From Chrysomallon squamiferum (lineage: Eukaryota > Animalia > Mollusca), in the NCBI GenBank assembly GCA_012295275.1, contig CM022672.1:24738001-24802000 (forward strand): a stretch of DNA of 64,000 nucleotides. Direction: 5' to 3'. This document shows, piece after piece, positions 42,301-53,460 of this stretch; position 1 is the stretch's first letter; each line of letters begins with the position of its first letter. The notes under the pieces are model-generated. The model was not told the DNA's origin. It saw nothing but the letters and a program-made list of their open reading frames with translations, and ran no database searches. The translations under genes and the position numbers were made by a program.

Positions 42301-44231
42301 AGCTAATGAAGCGGTGCAGCTTATGTTTATTTATCTCACGGACAATAATATGACTAACATTCCACATTTGACCTGAATTAAGCAGTGTTTTCAGTTGGTT
42401 GTTATTGACAACAACAAACACAATATCGAATTTACTGATTTCAATCTGACCAGAGCATAACAGCTTACTGGTGCACAACCTGTTTTTTTTCTTCTTCACT
42501 GAAGTCAAAGGTTGGACTGATTACAGGTACCGCCAACTCGGGTATTCGTCCCGGGGCGCCACTCAAAATATAGATCTTCAAAATATAAAAGGGAAAATGT
42601 TAACGTAATAAATAATATAATGTAAAACGTGAAAATTCCTTGAATGGAGTAAAATTGTTGAGAATTTGATTGTTAATTCTAAATATATTATGGAATCAAA
42701 CTGTGAAAAGAAATGACAATGGAAACTTTCACGACCGTCAGCTAATGTGGCAGTATTAAAATGCCCGGTGTGCTATAATAAAAACCTTGGTCAAACGATG
42801 CAGTATTAAGCATACATTTCTCTAAATCGAGCCTAAAGTGATAACAAATATTTAAGTCAATAAATTATAAAATATTTAAGATTAAAAATTAATAATTAAA
42901 TAATTAAAAAATAAAATAAAAATAACAATAACAAAAATAAAAGTAAAAGTAAAATAAAATAAAATAAAATAAATAAAATAAAATAAACTGTTTTTCATTT
43001 TTCATTTTTTAAATACTTTTTTTTATTATTAATTTTTTAATCTTTATGTAATATTAATAGTGTTGCAATCTCCTGGAGTAATAACAATAACTAATAAAGG
43101 AGTAAGTAAGTAAGTAAGTAAGTAAATAAATAAATGTATCTCTATTTGCTATAAAACATTTTAGAGAACATTTTATTTAAATCCTAATAAAATTTAGTTA
43201 ATGTAGAGTAAATGTGATGGAAAAGATATTACGTCCACAAAGACAATGATTGAAAAATGCTAAAACATGCCCCGTCCTTACGTTCCAAATGTATACAACA
43301 GATGTCTCTTAAATTGGCCGCGTTTTATGACACGGAAAGTGAAGCTAGCGTCAGGGTCATTTATTTGCTAGATATCGAAAAAAACCTATATTCGTATAAA
43401 TAATAATAATAATAATAATAAAATTTTCAAAAGCTGATGAAATGTGGGTAACAAATCAAAAGAGAAACAAAATGATGACTTTTTGAAAAGAGGAGGAAAA
43501 CAAATAAGACACATTTGTTACAAAACTAATTTCCGGGAAGATAACTCTGATTGTGAAGAAAAGCATCGAAATAACGAACTCTGTTTGGTTTTTATGTGGT
43601 TTATTTGGTATTATTTTCAAATAATTTATAATTAAAACTGATTGAGTTAATAGATTATTCATATTTCTTTTAAAATAAAACTTTCTTAGAAAAATTTAAT
43701 GGAAAATCGCTTTTTTTTTAACGATTATAATCATTATATTTTTAGAAGTCTGTTTCCCATGATTTCGTGTTTTCGTGTTTTCGGCCTCGAGTAAAATAAA
43801 TTACTATTAGATGTTTCATTAACACATATAAACAGTAACAATTTTTTAAGAGCTAATAAACCATGAGTTTGATTGAACGTTTTCCGCAGTTTACTAATTA
43901 CTAAACTAGAGTTTATTGACCTATATTTAGGTGTGGTTTAGTCAGTGTCAGTAGGTAGTGTAGAGCCAGAGGTTTTGCTACAGTTTGTTGTATAAATATA
44001 AATAGCTAATATAAAATTTTATCAACTCTCAAAGGCTTGTCAAAACCAAGTATTCCTTGTCATAGTTATTTATATTTGGAAAACAAGAAATAGAACAAAA
44101 TAGTCTGTGAATGCTCGGTTCATTTATTGTTAAATTCTCTTTTGTAAATGTAATGATATGTAACATGTTTATTTATGCAATTTTATTGTATGTATGTATG
44201 TATGTATGGGTATTTTCAGATTCCTTTTAAA

Positions 44232-46963
44232 ATGATTGAGATCACATGCAATGATCGTCTTGGCAAGAAAGTTCGTGTTAAGTGCAAGTATCCTTTCCAC
44301 ATGTTCCAATTAAAAATGTCTGTATAGTGTAGTTATATATGCAAGTTATTTTCTTTTCATTAAACTATTGTCATTAGGAATATTTACGTATGTAATTACC
44401 AATGATATATTAACATTATTACATTTATGTTGTTAGTGATTTAAACAAAAAATAAGGATTAACTGAAAAATTTAAAATTTTCATGTAACTATCACTTTAT
44501 ACTTAATGGACTCTCATCAACTTAATCATCTACAGAAAGTAATAATAGATTCATAATAGCATGTTGTGTTTCTAAAACTTCACATTAAATATGTATAATG
44601 ATTAATATACAAAAAATTTTAAGACGATATTCTTAATCAAATATTTTAAGACAAAATTTAACTATGTATAATTATATCCGATTTCTATTGTTATTGTATT
44701 TGTCTATATGTGCATGAACAGAATTTGTGTGTAATCCTTAACCTGAATCAGCTTAGATGACACCATAGGAGATTTGAAGAAACTGATTGCAGCACAAACA
44801 GGGACAAGATTTGACAGAATTGTCCTTAAAAAATGGTAAGTTATTCAGCTTAAAATCAAGTGTGTCCACAGAAACATATATAAAAAGAATCCTTTAGTGC
44901 ATTGTAGCTTCTTCTGTGAAAGCCTGAATATCCTCTGGTGGAGAACAGCTCAGATGGTCATTTGGATGGATATCATTGATTCTCTGCCAGATATAGGTCC
45001 ATATAGTTTTTTGGCTAATCTTTGCCAGCTGTATGGTTGGCAATGATTCTGGCTATTGTTCTGTTTAACAATAGTTTTAGCTTTACATTCCTTTGGATTG
45101 GTTATTTCCAAGTTCTCTTGTACGATAAAAAACATCATGTAGTTGTACACATATGTGTTAAAAGAAGAAATCCAAGACACCTATCATAAATCACCAACTT
45201 GGAAATCTTTGAATTGACATCAGTCATGACACAACAGTCAGTTGATTAACACCTGACAGCTTTTCAGCATGATGCTCATGCAGGGTCAACTCAGTACACA
45301 GCATGCAACATAGAGCATAGCAGAGATTGCAAAATAGCAAACATTAAAAGAGTGTGCATGTTATAAAAAGAGTTTATGGGGAGTAGGTGATTGTTATTTT
45401 CTGGGATTCCTACAGTTCTTGGACGGGTACAATTATTCACATGGCTATAATATCTGTCCAGTCATGTTATTATACTGTCTTCAAGTAATATATTAATTTT
45501 ATATACATTGGTTTGAACTTAAGTGTCGGTTTGTGGGGACTAGCTGATTTTTTTGTCAAGAAATGTATTACACAATCAGTCATTGTAGCCACTGGTTTAA
45601 AATTAAACAAATAATATCCAGGTGTTTGTGCTGTATTTTGAAACTGAAACAATATTCTTTAAGAACACAATTAGCATGTTTTTCCATCATGTCAGGCAGA
45701 AAAGCTGTCATTTGTTAATCAGATGACCTTTGTCATGACTGAGGTTGATATAAATATGACTTAAGATTTAAGATTCAGTGATTTATGATTGGGGTCTTGG
45801 GTTTTGCCTTGAAGGGTGTGTATTTATGATTATATTATAGTACCAGCAATATTGAAAATGACTGATCTAAAGGAATGTGAAGGCAAAAGTGTTGTTAAAT
45901 ATGTACAATAGACAGAATCAGTGCCAACCATACTTCTATGTAAATAGTACCAAAAAGGAGAGAAATCATTAACATTTACAGGAATGTAATGTATAGCTAA
46001 GTTTTAAATTTATAATTAATACAGGTTACAGATCTCTTGTCCAAAATGCCTGAGACTAGAAATGTTTCAGATTTTGGAAAATAACCTAAGAACAATAACT
46101 AAGTCTAACAACATAGCAAAATACATTCAAAATTTTAAATTTCATATATATTGTTTCATGTCGATTTTGATTTTTTTTCCTTTTACTTATATTTTTTTAT
46201 TTTTTATGATTGCTGGTTACAGAAATATGAATATATATTTGAATAAAAATGAAAAAATAATGCATATTGCAAATTGTATATTTATATAATAAAAGTAGAT
46301 TATTACTTTACCATTTGGCTTCTTATTCATCATTCACAAAAAATAAAAACCACCAAATAGTTACTTCCCTTTTTTCAATGAAATGCATAATGATAAAAAA
46401 TATAAATGTAAAATCTTTTTGTTTTGTTTAAAGAATCTGTCATGGCTAGCATTATGTATCATTTAAAAAAAACAAAATAAAACCCCCAAAACAAAAATGA
46501 AAATGTCTAACTACACTTTGCAGAAAGTTTTGCTTGTGTATGTCAGTATTAGTAGAAACAATTTATAACACATATTTTATTATATATGTTGTGTTTTTTC
46601 AATATTGTTTTCTGTTTTCAGGTACACAATATTTAAAGATCATGTTACGCTTGGTGATTGTATCCTTTATGATCATATCAGATATTTTTTCTCTGATTTC
46701 ATATAGTCTTGTTGTTAGAGATACTAATTTTAGTTTACATGGCTTAAAAATAAAACTGATGGTAATTTAAAATGTATTACAAAGCAAGAGATATAGATAA
46801 GTGTTAAGTATGTATAAAATTCTTGATTATCTCTCTGTCTCTCTAACAACTGCATAAAAATCAGTTTCATTAGTGCAGATATTTTATTTATTTATTTAAT
46901 TTCTTTAACTGAATATTAGATGAAATACATGATGGAATGAATTTGGAATTGTATTACCAGTGA
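44232..46963 (+). CDS. UBL5: Ubiquitin-like protein 5 (Hub1), 73 aa, 4 coding exons
   Basis: Exons 44232-44287, 44752-44835, 46622-46659 and 46920-46963 translate to [73 protein letters not shown]. This is the canonical UBL5 sequence with its C-terminal YYx. The gene is absent from the ORF track because its exons are tiny. AATAAA at 47248-47253. Confidence 0.98.
44288..44751 (+). other. U12-type (minor spliceosome) GT-AG intron, UBL5 coding intron 1
   Basis: Donor GTATCCTTT; branch site TCCTTAAC at 44735-44742, close to the 3' AG; no polypyrimidine tract. Confidence 0.95.
45168..45822. mobile_element. Diverged long inverted repeat (MITE-like) in UBL5 coding intron 2
   Basis: Arm 45168-45274 (aaatccaagacacctatcataaatcac...cagtcatgacacaacagtcagttgattaacacctgacagcttttc) aligns with the reverse complement of 45685-45822 (aaacccaagaccccaatcataaatcac...cagtcatgacaaaggtcatctgattaacaaatgacagcttttc). 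Confidence 0.6.
46020..46078 (+). mobile_element. Possible pogo/Tigger-like DNA transposon terminus fragment
   Basis: TA followed by caggttacagatctcttgtccaaaatgcctgagactagaaatgtttcagattttgga resembles, from memory, Tigger4-type termini. No second end and no transposase were found. Confidence 0.35.
46660..46919 (+). other. U12-type GT-AG intron, UBL5 coding intron 3
   Basis: Donor GTATCCTTT; branch-like TCTTTAAC at 46902-46909, close to the 3' AG. Confidence 0.92.
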
Positions 46964-48639
46964 TGTAACAGGATTGTGAAGAAGCCTCCGATTTTGTTAT
47001 GAGACATTTCTGACTTGACTATGAAACTGAGACAATGTATAAAGCCTTTATTGCCAGTTCTACTTGACTACTGCAAATAATCTGTATTCAAATGGAAGTG
47101 GTGTATGTCTCTTTGTGGGAATATAGCATTTCATTTCATTTTTGATTCTTCAAAATCATCATTAGATTGGTGCAATTTAAAAAAAAAAAAATAATATGCT
47201 TCATTGTGAAGAGGTGATATTCTGCTCTGAATTCAGAAAGGTTTTATAATAAAGGTGAAAAGAATTATGTATTGAATACGTGATATACTATTATTAAATG
47301 CCTGTCACATTACATTTGTTATTTAAACATCATGGACATCTGATAATGAACAGATTTACTGCATTAATCATATCAAGTAATAATGTATCATTTCTGTTTT
47401 GAAAAATTTAAGGATTAAATAGAATATTTTTTTGTGTTAATTGCTATTTTTACACTTTTTTGTGTTTTTAATTATTTTGAAGGTTATAAAAAATTTAAAT
47501 AAACAGAATAACAATAACATTTAATGAGTTAAAATGTACTTTATATGTTAAAGGGAATTTTTATATATTGTTTTCTCTCATGAAACCTGGTTGTTTTTTT
47601 TGGATAAAATTGAACCAAAACTAAAAAAAGATTAACAATTGCATTTGATTGATAATTACGTAAAAAAGATTTGAAGCATTTCATGTAATGTACCAGATAA
47701 TGCTTTTTACAGTGTACAGTTTCAACTGATGTATGATTTCTCTCATGTGTTTTACATACACGGTGACAGTTCTGTCTGGAACATGCATTATTCTGAAAAG
47801 AAAAATAAAATAAATAAAAAATTACAATTCTGAAGCAGGTGGTTTTATTGCTTGAAATGAATATTCTCTGTAATTCTCACAGATGTTGCTGTCACATATA
47901 AAAAGCTGCCAAATAACAACAAGTTGTTGTTCACTAAATATGTCTAAAATAAATGATACATTTTGCCAGTTAAATTAACATTTATAATTTATTACTCTGG
48001 TAGTTTATTTATCTGATGTGTATTACTTATTATTTATTAAGTGATTCAACAAGAATGATTTGATTAAAAAGTATTGTTAGCATAGATGAATAAACATTCT
48101 GAAACAAATATTTTTCTTACTACTTAGGTTTTTTTGCTTGTTATTTTTCTCATTATGTAATAGAATTTAATATTAAGGATTTTGTTTAATGACTAATAAC
48201 CATTTTCATAAATTAATAATAATTTACTGTTATTGTAATTTAGCGAAAATGTAATTTTTATTATTGCTTTTTATACACATAAGTAATTATATTTATTAAA
48301 AAAAATTAATGTTTATGTTGTCACTTCATCTCAAGCAATCATGTTCTCTCAATATCGTGGTCATGACGAAGTCATTTTCAGCAATAAGATTTCTCTTTTA
48401 CATCTTAATGTATCCATGTTAAAACAAATGAAAGATGAGTTAATAATCAATTTAAATACTGTTACTTTTTCATCATCATTTCATTGTTTTTTTGTATACA
48501 TATGAATAAAATGTTAAATTGTATATTCGAATTGTTTTTTGAATTACTTCATTTTCATTACAATTCCAAAACTGTCCATTTTACCCGTTTGATAGTCACA
48601 AAATGTACCTACAGGAGTACAGTACATTTATGGGTATAC

Positions 48640-48858
48640 ACTATAATATAATCATACATATACATCCTTCAAGGCAAAACCCAAGACCCCTGTTATATAT
48701 TGCTAATTCTGAAATCATATATATGTATGTATGTAAAAAAAACACTTTGTTGTGGGTGAGTTTGCTTGCAAGTGGTATTGCAAATTTGCATTTGTGGGCT
48801 ATGGAAAGTTTTGGAAAAGTTATGGAAATTTTCACAGACCAACGTGTACAAACCCTGG
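48640..48858. repeat. Dispersed repeat fragments: a third copy of the inverted-repeat end plus a CAGGGTTTGTAC-type end
   Basis: 48640-48690 (atcatacatatacatccttcaaggcaaaacccaagacccc) matches the reverse complement of 45791-45840. On the minus strand, 48800-48856 reads cagggtttgtacacg...tttccataacttttccaaaactttccat, which looks like a repeat terminus. Confidence 0.5.
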
Positions 48859-49705
48859 CTATTGTATTGTTCTGGACCGTCTGTCAATGACAAATATACA
48901 GTTAAATTATACTTTTAAGAAACATCTGATTGCGTTCATTTTGCCCCTTCTACAAATGGTGTCTAGACGTTATTGTGTAATACATGGTTGAATAATTGCT
49001 GACGACATTGGACTTTTTTTTAGAGCAAACGGTTTACCCCATTCGTGATGACATGTCGACTGCAGAATAATAACGGCGCCCAGATATTTTTTATACTGTA
49101 CTCTTGTTATCATACTTCATTTTTTAGACTAAGGTTTATTTTAATTAAAAAAAACAACAAATAAATAAAATAAAAAAGTAATAAAACATAAATTGAAAAT
49201 ATTTAGAGTACTTTTTCGTACACGCTATTTACGATTGTCGTAATTGTTTATTACGTATATTTTTATTGTATTATTATATTATATTTTCCTTTGTTCTTAA
49301 CCTTTTAGTATTCGAACGATCTCGTGTGACCCCCACACACACGCACGCACGCACGCACGCACACACACTAACAGTGTATTGGAATGGAAGGGAAATAGTG
49401 CTGCTGGCGCACCAAGGAGTAAAAACAATTTGCCATTTGATATCTTTTAATACAGACACACGTATAACTGATATTAGATAAAAACTGCTCGCAATGGCAT
49501 CATGCCAGTGTCACCTCGTTCTTTGACTAATCTCCAACTTTGATTTTATTATACTATTATTAATTTTTTAAAAAAAAAAAAAAAAAAAAATGATAATGGA
49601 AATTAGACTCAAACTGGAAGATTATAAATCCTTTATAATTTATTCAGAAAAAAAGTAATGGTTTTGAAAAAGAAGAATAAACAAAAGTCTGATTAAATAA
49701 TTAAA

Positions 49706-50680
49706 TCATTGTTCCTCTTCGGCTGGTTCTGTATTTTCATATCGTTTTGTTAGTCGTTTAAAAGCACGTGATGATTTAAAAACTCCAATGGTGGGAATCA
49801 GAGATTGGTTTCTTGCTAAAGTAACATTTGATCTTAACTTCGCAGCAAGCTTCATCATTTTGTGCAAATCCTCCTTTGACTTTGTCTTACAAAAATCATC
49901 AAAGGCATTTTCAATCTTTCTCATATCTACGGAAAACGTGGTGTACTGTTTTGCAACTAGAGGCGTTATGACCCTGCTTTTAGAGGAGCCAGATGATTCA
50001 CTATATTCATCATAAGAAGGAACTTTACGATTGAATTCTTTGATATCTTCAACAAAAGATCTGACTTTTTCAAGCAGGGGATCCTCTTCTTTCTCTGCTT
50101 CTTCGGGAATCGGTTTAGTTGGAAGCGATATGTATCGTTTCTCGCCTAACGATACCGGCTCCCTTTTGGAAGCTTTGTCTTGTTTTGGCTTTGATTTAGG
50201 TCTTGAAAGGCCTTCAAAGAACGCTTGCTTTTTGTCCTTTTTCTGGGAAATCGAAGGCAACCGATAGACTTTATCATCATCAATTTCTGTTATAAACACG
50301 CCTCTTGACCGTTTTCCAATATGCCTCACTGGCGATGGAGTTTTAGATTTAATGGCTGGCGCTGATTTGGTCCTTTCCACCTCCGTGTCGGCCGTCTCTC
50401 TAGCCTCCATAGCGGACTGCACTCTTTGGTGGTGGAGTTCTTTTTTCCTGTTCATCAGTCTTTCTCTGTATCTTTCAGTCAGTCTCCGTTCCAGAGTGTA
50501 GTCCTTGATGTACGACTGAAGCTGTTTTTCAAAGAGGTCTCGGGCCTGTACGTATTTTGTGTGTAGTGTTTTATGTTTGTTGAGGAGCAGTTGACACTGG
50601 TTGGGTTTCAACATGACCTCCACATTCATCGTGTGGTCCTGCCATGTCAGGTCCTTTGTCTTAAGAAGAAGGAGAGACAT
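49706..50680 (-). CDS. Uncharacterised 324-aa protein; charged, coiled-coil-like N-terminal half; single coding exon
   Basis: 975-nt ATG-initiated ORF of non-repetitive, GC-richer sequence in an AT-rich background. A splice acceptor (ttcag, near 50726) just upstream implies a non-coding first exon. AATAAA lies on the minus strand at 49639-49644. No family recognised. Confidence 0.85.
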   Translation of the reverse strand: MSLLLLKTKDLTWQDHTMNVEVMLKPNQCQLLLNKHKTLHTKYVQARDLFEKQLQSYIKDYTLERRLTERYRERLMNRKKELHHQRVQSAMEARETADTEVERTKSAPAIKSKTPSPVRHIGKRSRGVFITEIDDDKVYRLPSISQKKDKKQAFFEGLSRPKSKPKQDKASKREPVSLGEKRYISLPTKPIPEEAEKEEDPLLEKVRSFVEDIKEFNRKVPSYDEYSESSGSSKSRVITPLVAKQYTTFSVDMRKIENAFDDFCKTKSKEDLHKMMKLAAKLRSNVTLARNQSLIPTIGVFKSSRAFKRLTKRYENTEPAEEEQ

Positions 50681-50971
50681 ATCGTTTTTTTCCTAGCACT
50701 GGTCGCCAGATATCTCTTATATGTTCTGAAATTACAAAAATAATCAATAGTATAAAAATAAAATTATATTTATGTCATTATCATTAAATATATTAACGAA
50801 TTATTTTCTCAGAAAATCTAGTGTATGTGTGTGTTTCTATATATAGCTATACACACACAACCACACATACACACAAACAGCTCACAGAATAAAATTTAAC
50901 TTTATAGTAACAAAACTAAATAAATAAATACGATAATTTTACATTGAATCCTTCCCCGAAACAAACAATAA

Positions 50972-51004
<33 letters not shown>

Positions 51005-52834
51005 CAACAAACACTTAACTAAACAAGAACAACAAGAATAAAAAATAAGACAAGAAAAAAATAAAGAAATAAAGAAGAAATACAACCACTAACTTCCCAA
51101 AACGACACCAACAAAAAAATAAAAAAACTACAAAAATTAAAAATTAAAAAATAAAAGAAACAAAAAAGCAACAAACAAACAAAAAAACAACAAAAACATA
51201 TAATCAGCAAACAAGACAGTGTGATCTACTTGTTTTATTGAAAATAATGAAAATATCCAAGCGTAGTGGACTGCTCGATACAGTTCTTTTCTTCTATTTT
51301 TTACTTTTTTTATTTTTACTTTTGTTTTATTTTATTTTATTTTTTTGCACACATTACAAGTAATCGAAACCAGGAATCCGTGATAATATGTCTATTAAAG
51401 CTGATTAATGGTATTTATTGCATTTCAGAGAACAATAGATTTTTTATTTCAAGTTAAGAAAGCCCAAACAGAGACCAAGCACATCTGAGCAACATCGACC
51501 GAACTATGTGTTTTATGGGCGGTTTACGTGGAGGGGCAGTTAATGTTAATAATTAACATGGACTTGTGTCAGAGCCACTGAAAAAAAAAAAAAAAAAGAA
51601 GAAGCAGAAATAACAGTTACTAGTGAATAAAATAAACTGAATGATGTTGGTGGTGAAGGAAACAAAAACAATAGTTAACAATTTATTTTTATTTGTATTG
51701 TTTCATTTTCAAAACAAAACAAAAAATGAAATGAAAATAGCTAATAAAAATGTATAAATTCAACAGTAACAACTAAATATTCCCTCAAAACAATGACGGC
51801 GCAAAATAACAATTTCTTTTTTAATTAAAAAAAAAAAAAAAAAAAAAAAACCAACAACAAATTTATATATAAAAAGTGAAGAAAGTAAATAAAAAAAATA
51901 TAATAAATAAATAAAAAAAAATGAAAATTTGTTATTATATTTTAACGTTGTTTTAGAAATCTACCGTGTTTAAATAATTTAGGCATCTGTTGTAATCGTT
52001 GTAAAAATAATTATTATTAATGGTTTCTTATCCATTTATTTAAGTTAGAATGGAAAGCTGGTTTAATTATAGGGATGAACGGTTAGACAGATGAATCATA
52101 GATAGATAATTAAATATTAAATTATTTAGCAAAATTGACATTCACAAACAAACATACATCCACACATATATGCATACATATATACATACATATACACACA
52201 CAGGCATATGCACACGAACATACATAAATACATACATACACACACACATAAATACAAACACAGACACAACATGCATGCATGCATGCATATATACAAACAC
52301 AAACACATTCCTATATGCTTACAAAACAAAAACATCGATATATATTTTTTTAGTTGCTGTGGACTTTTCCAAATATTTACAAATAATTTATTCATGTATA
52401 ACAGGGTGTCAGTTTCAAATTGATTAACTTTATCGATTCACATATTATGTAACATAGTAAATAACAAATTTAAAAAATAATGAAATTGTTAAGATTTGTA
52501 TCTATTATTATCTTAATAAACAAAGTTTATTCTCAAATTTTCTATTACAATGTTTACTAATGAACAGTTATTATTAAAAGACAGGTATAAAACTAATTCG
52601 TACAAGACACGCATACCGGTGAATCGATAATCAGACAGGTGCCGTCACTACGTTTTATCACTCTGAGGTATGGTTAATAAGTAATGAGGTGTTTTCCTAA
52701 TTATTCGCCATGTAGTTAATCAATGTAGCGCAAGGGAAAGGTCGGCAGGAACACGCTCTGGCTGAACTTTCTCTACTTCAGTGGTCTTTCGTTATTCCTA
52801 CTTCTCTGTTGTTTGTCTATATCTGTTTATCAAT

Positions 52835-52852
52835 TCTGTCTGTGTGTCTGTG

Positions 52853-52886
<34 letters not shown>

Positions 52887-52890
52887 TCTG

Positions 52891-52927
<37 letters not shown>

Positions 52928-52934
52928 TTATCTA

Positions 52935-52965
<31 letters not shown>

Positions 52966-52973
52966 GTCTGTGA

Positions 52974-53005
<32 letters not shown>

Positions 53006-53351
53006 GTCTATCTGCCTGTCTGCCTGTCTGTCTGTCTGTGTCTATCTGTCTATCTATATATACATACACACATATATATATATATATATCTTTCTCTCTA
53101 GTTATGTATCAGTCTATCTGTCCGTTTATCTATCTGTATGTGTATCTGTATCTTTAGTCTGTCTATCTGTCTCACTATCTCACTTTCTAAATTTATGTTG
53201 TCTGTCTATCTGTCTCTCCTTATATCTATCTATCTGTTTGTCTGTTTGTCTCAGTATGTCTGTTTGCCTATCTGTCCATCTGTTTGTCTGTTACTTTCTA
53301 TCAATCTATTAGTTTTCTTTCCTTATTTCTGTTTATGAATTCTCATTCTTT

Positions 53352-53441
<90 letters not shown>

Positions 53442-53460
53442 GTGTCTGTGTCTGTGTCTC
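52835..53460. repeat. Compound (TATC/TGTC)n and (TC)n microsatellite block
   Basis: Directly visible; the source of the LSIY-type ORFs. Confidence 0.9.

Noticed and set aside
49788-50267. Plus-strand ORFs 49788-50015 and 50031-50267
   Set aside because: Antisense shadows of the 324-aa CDS.
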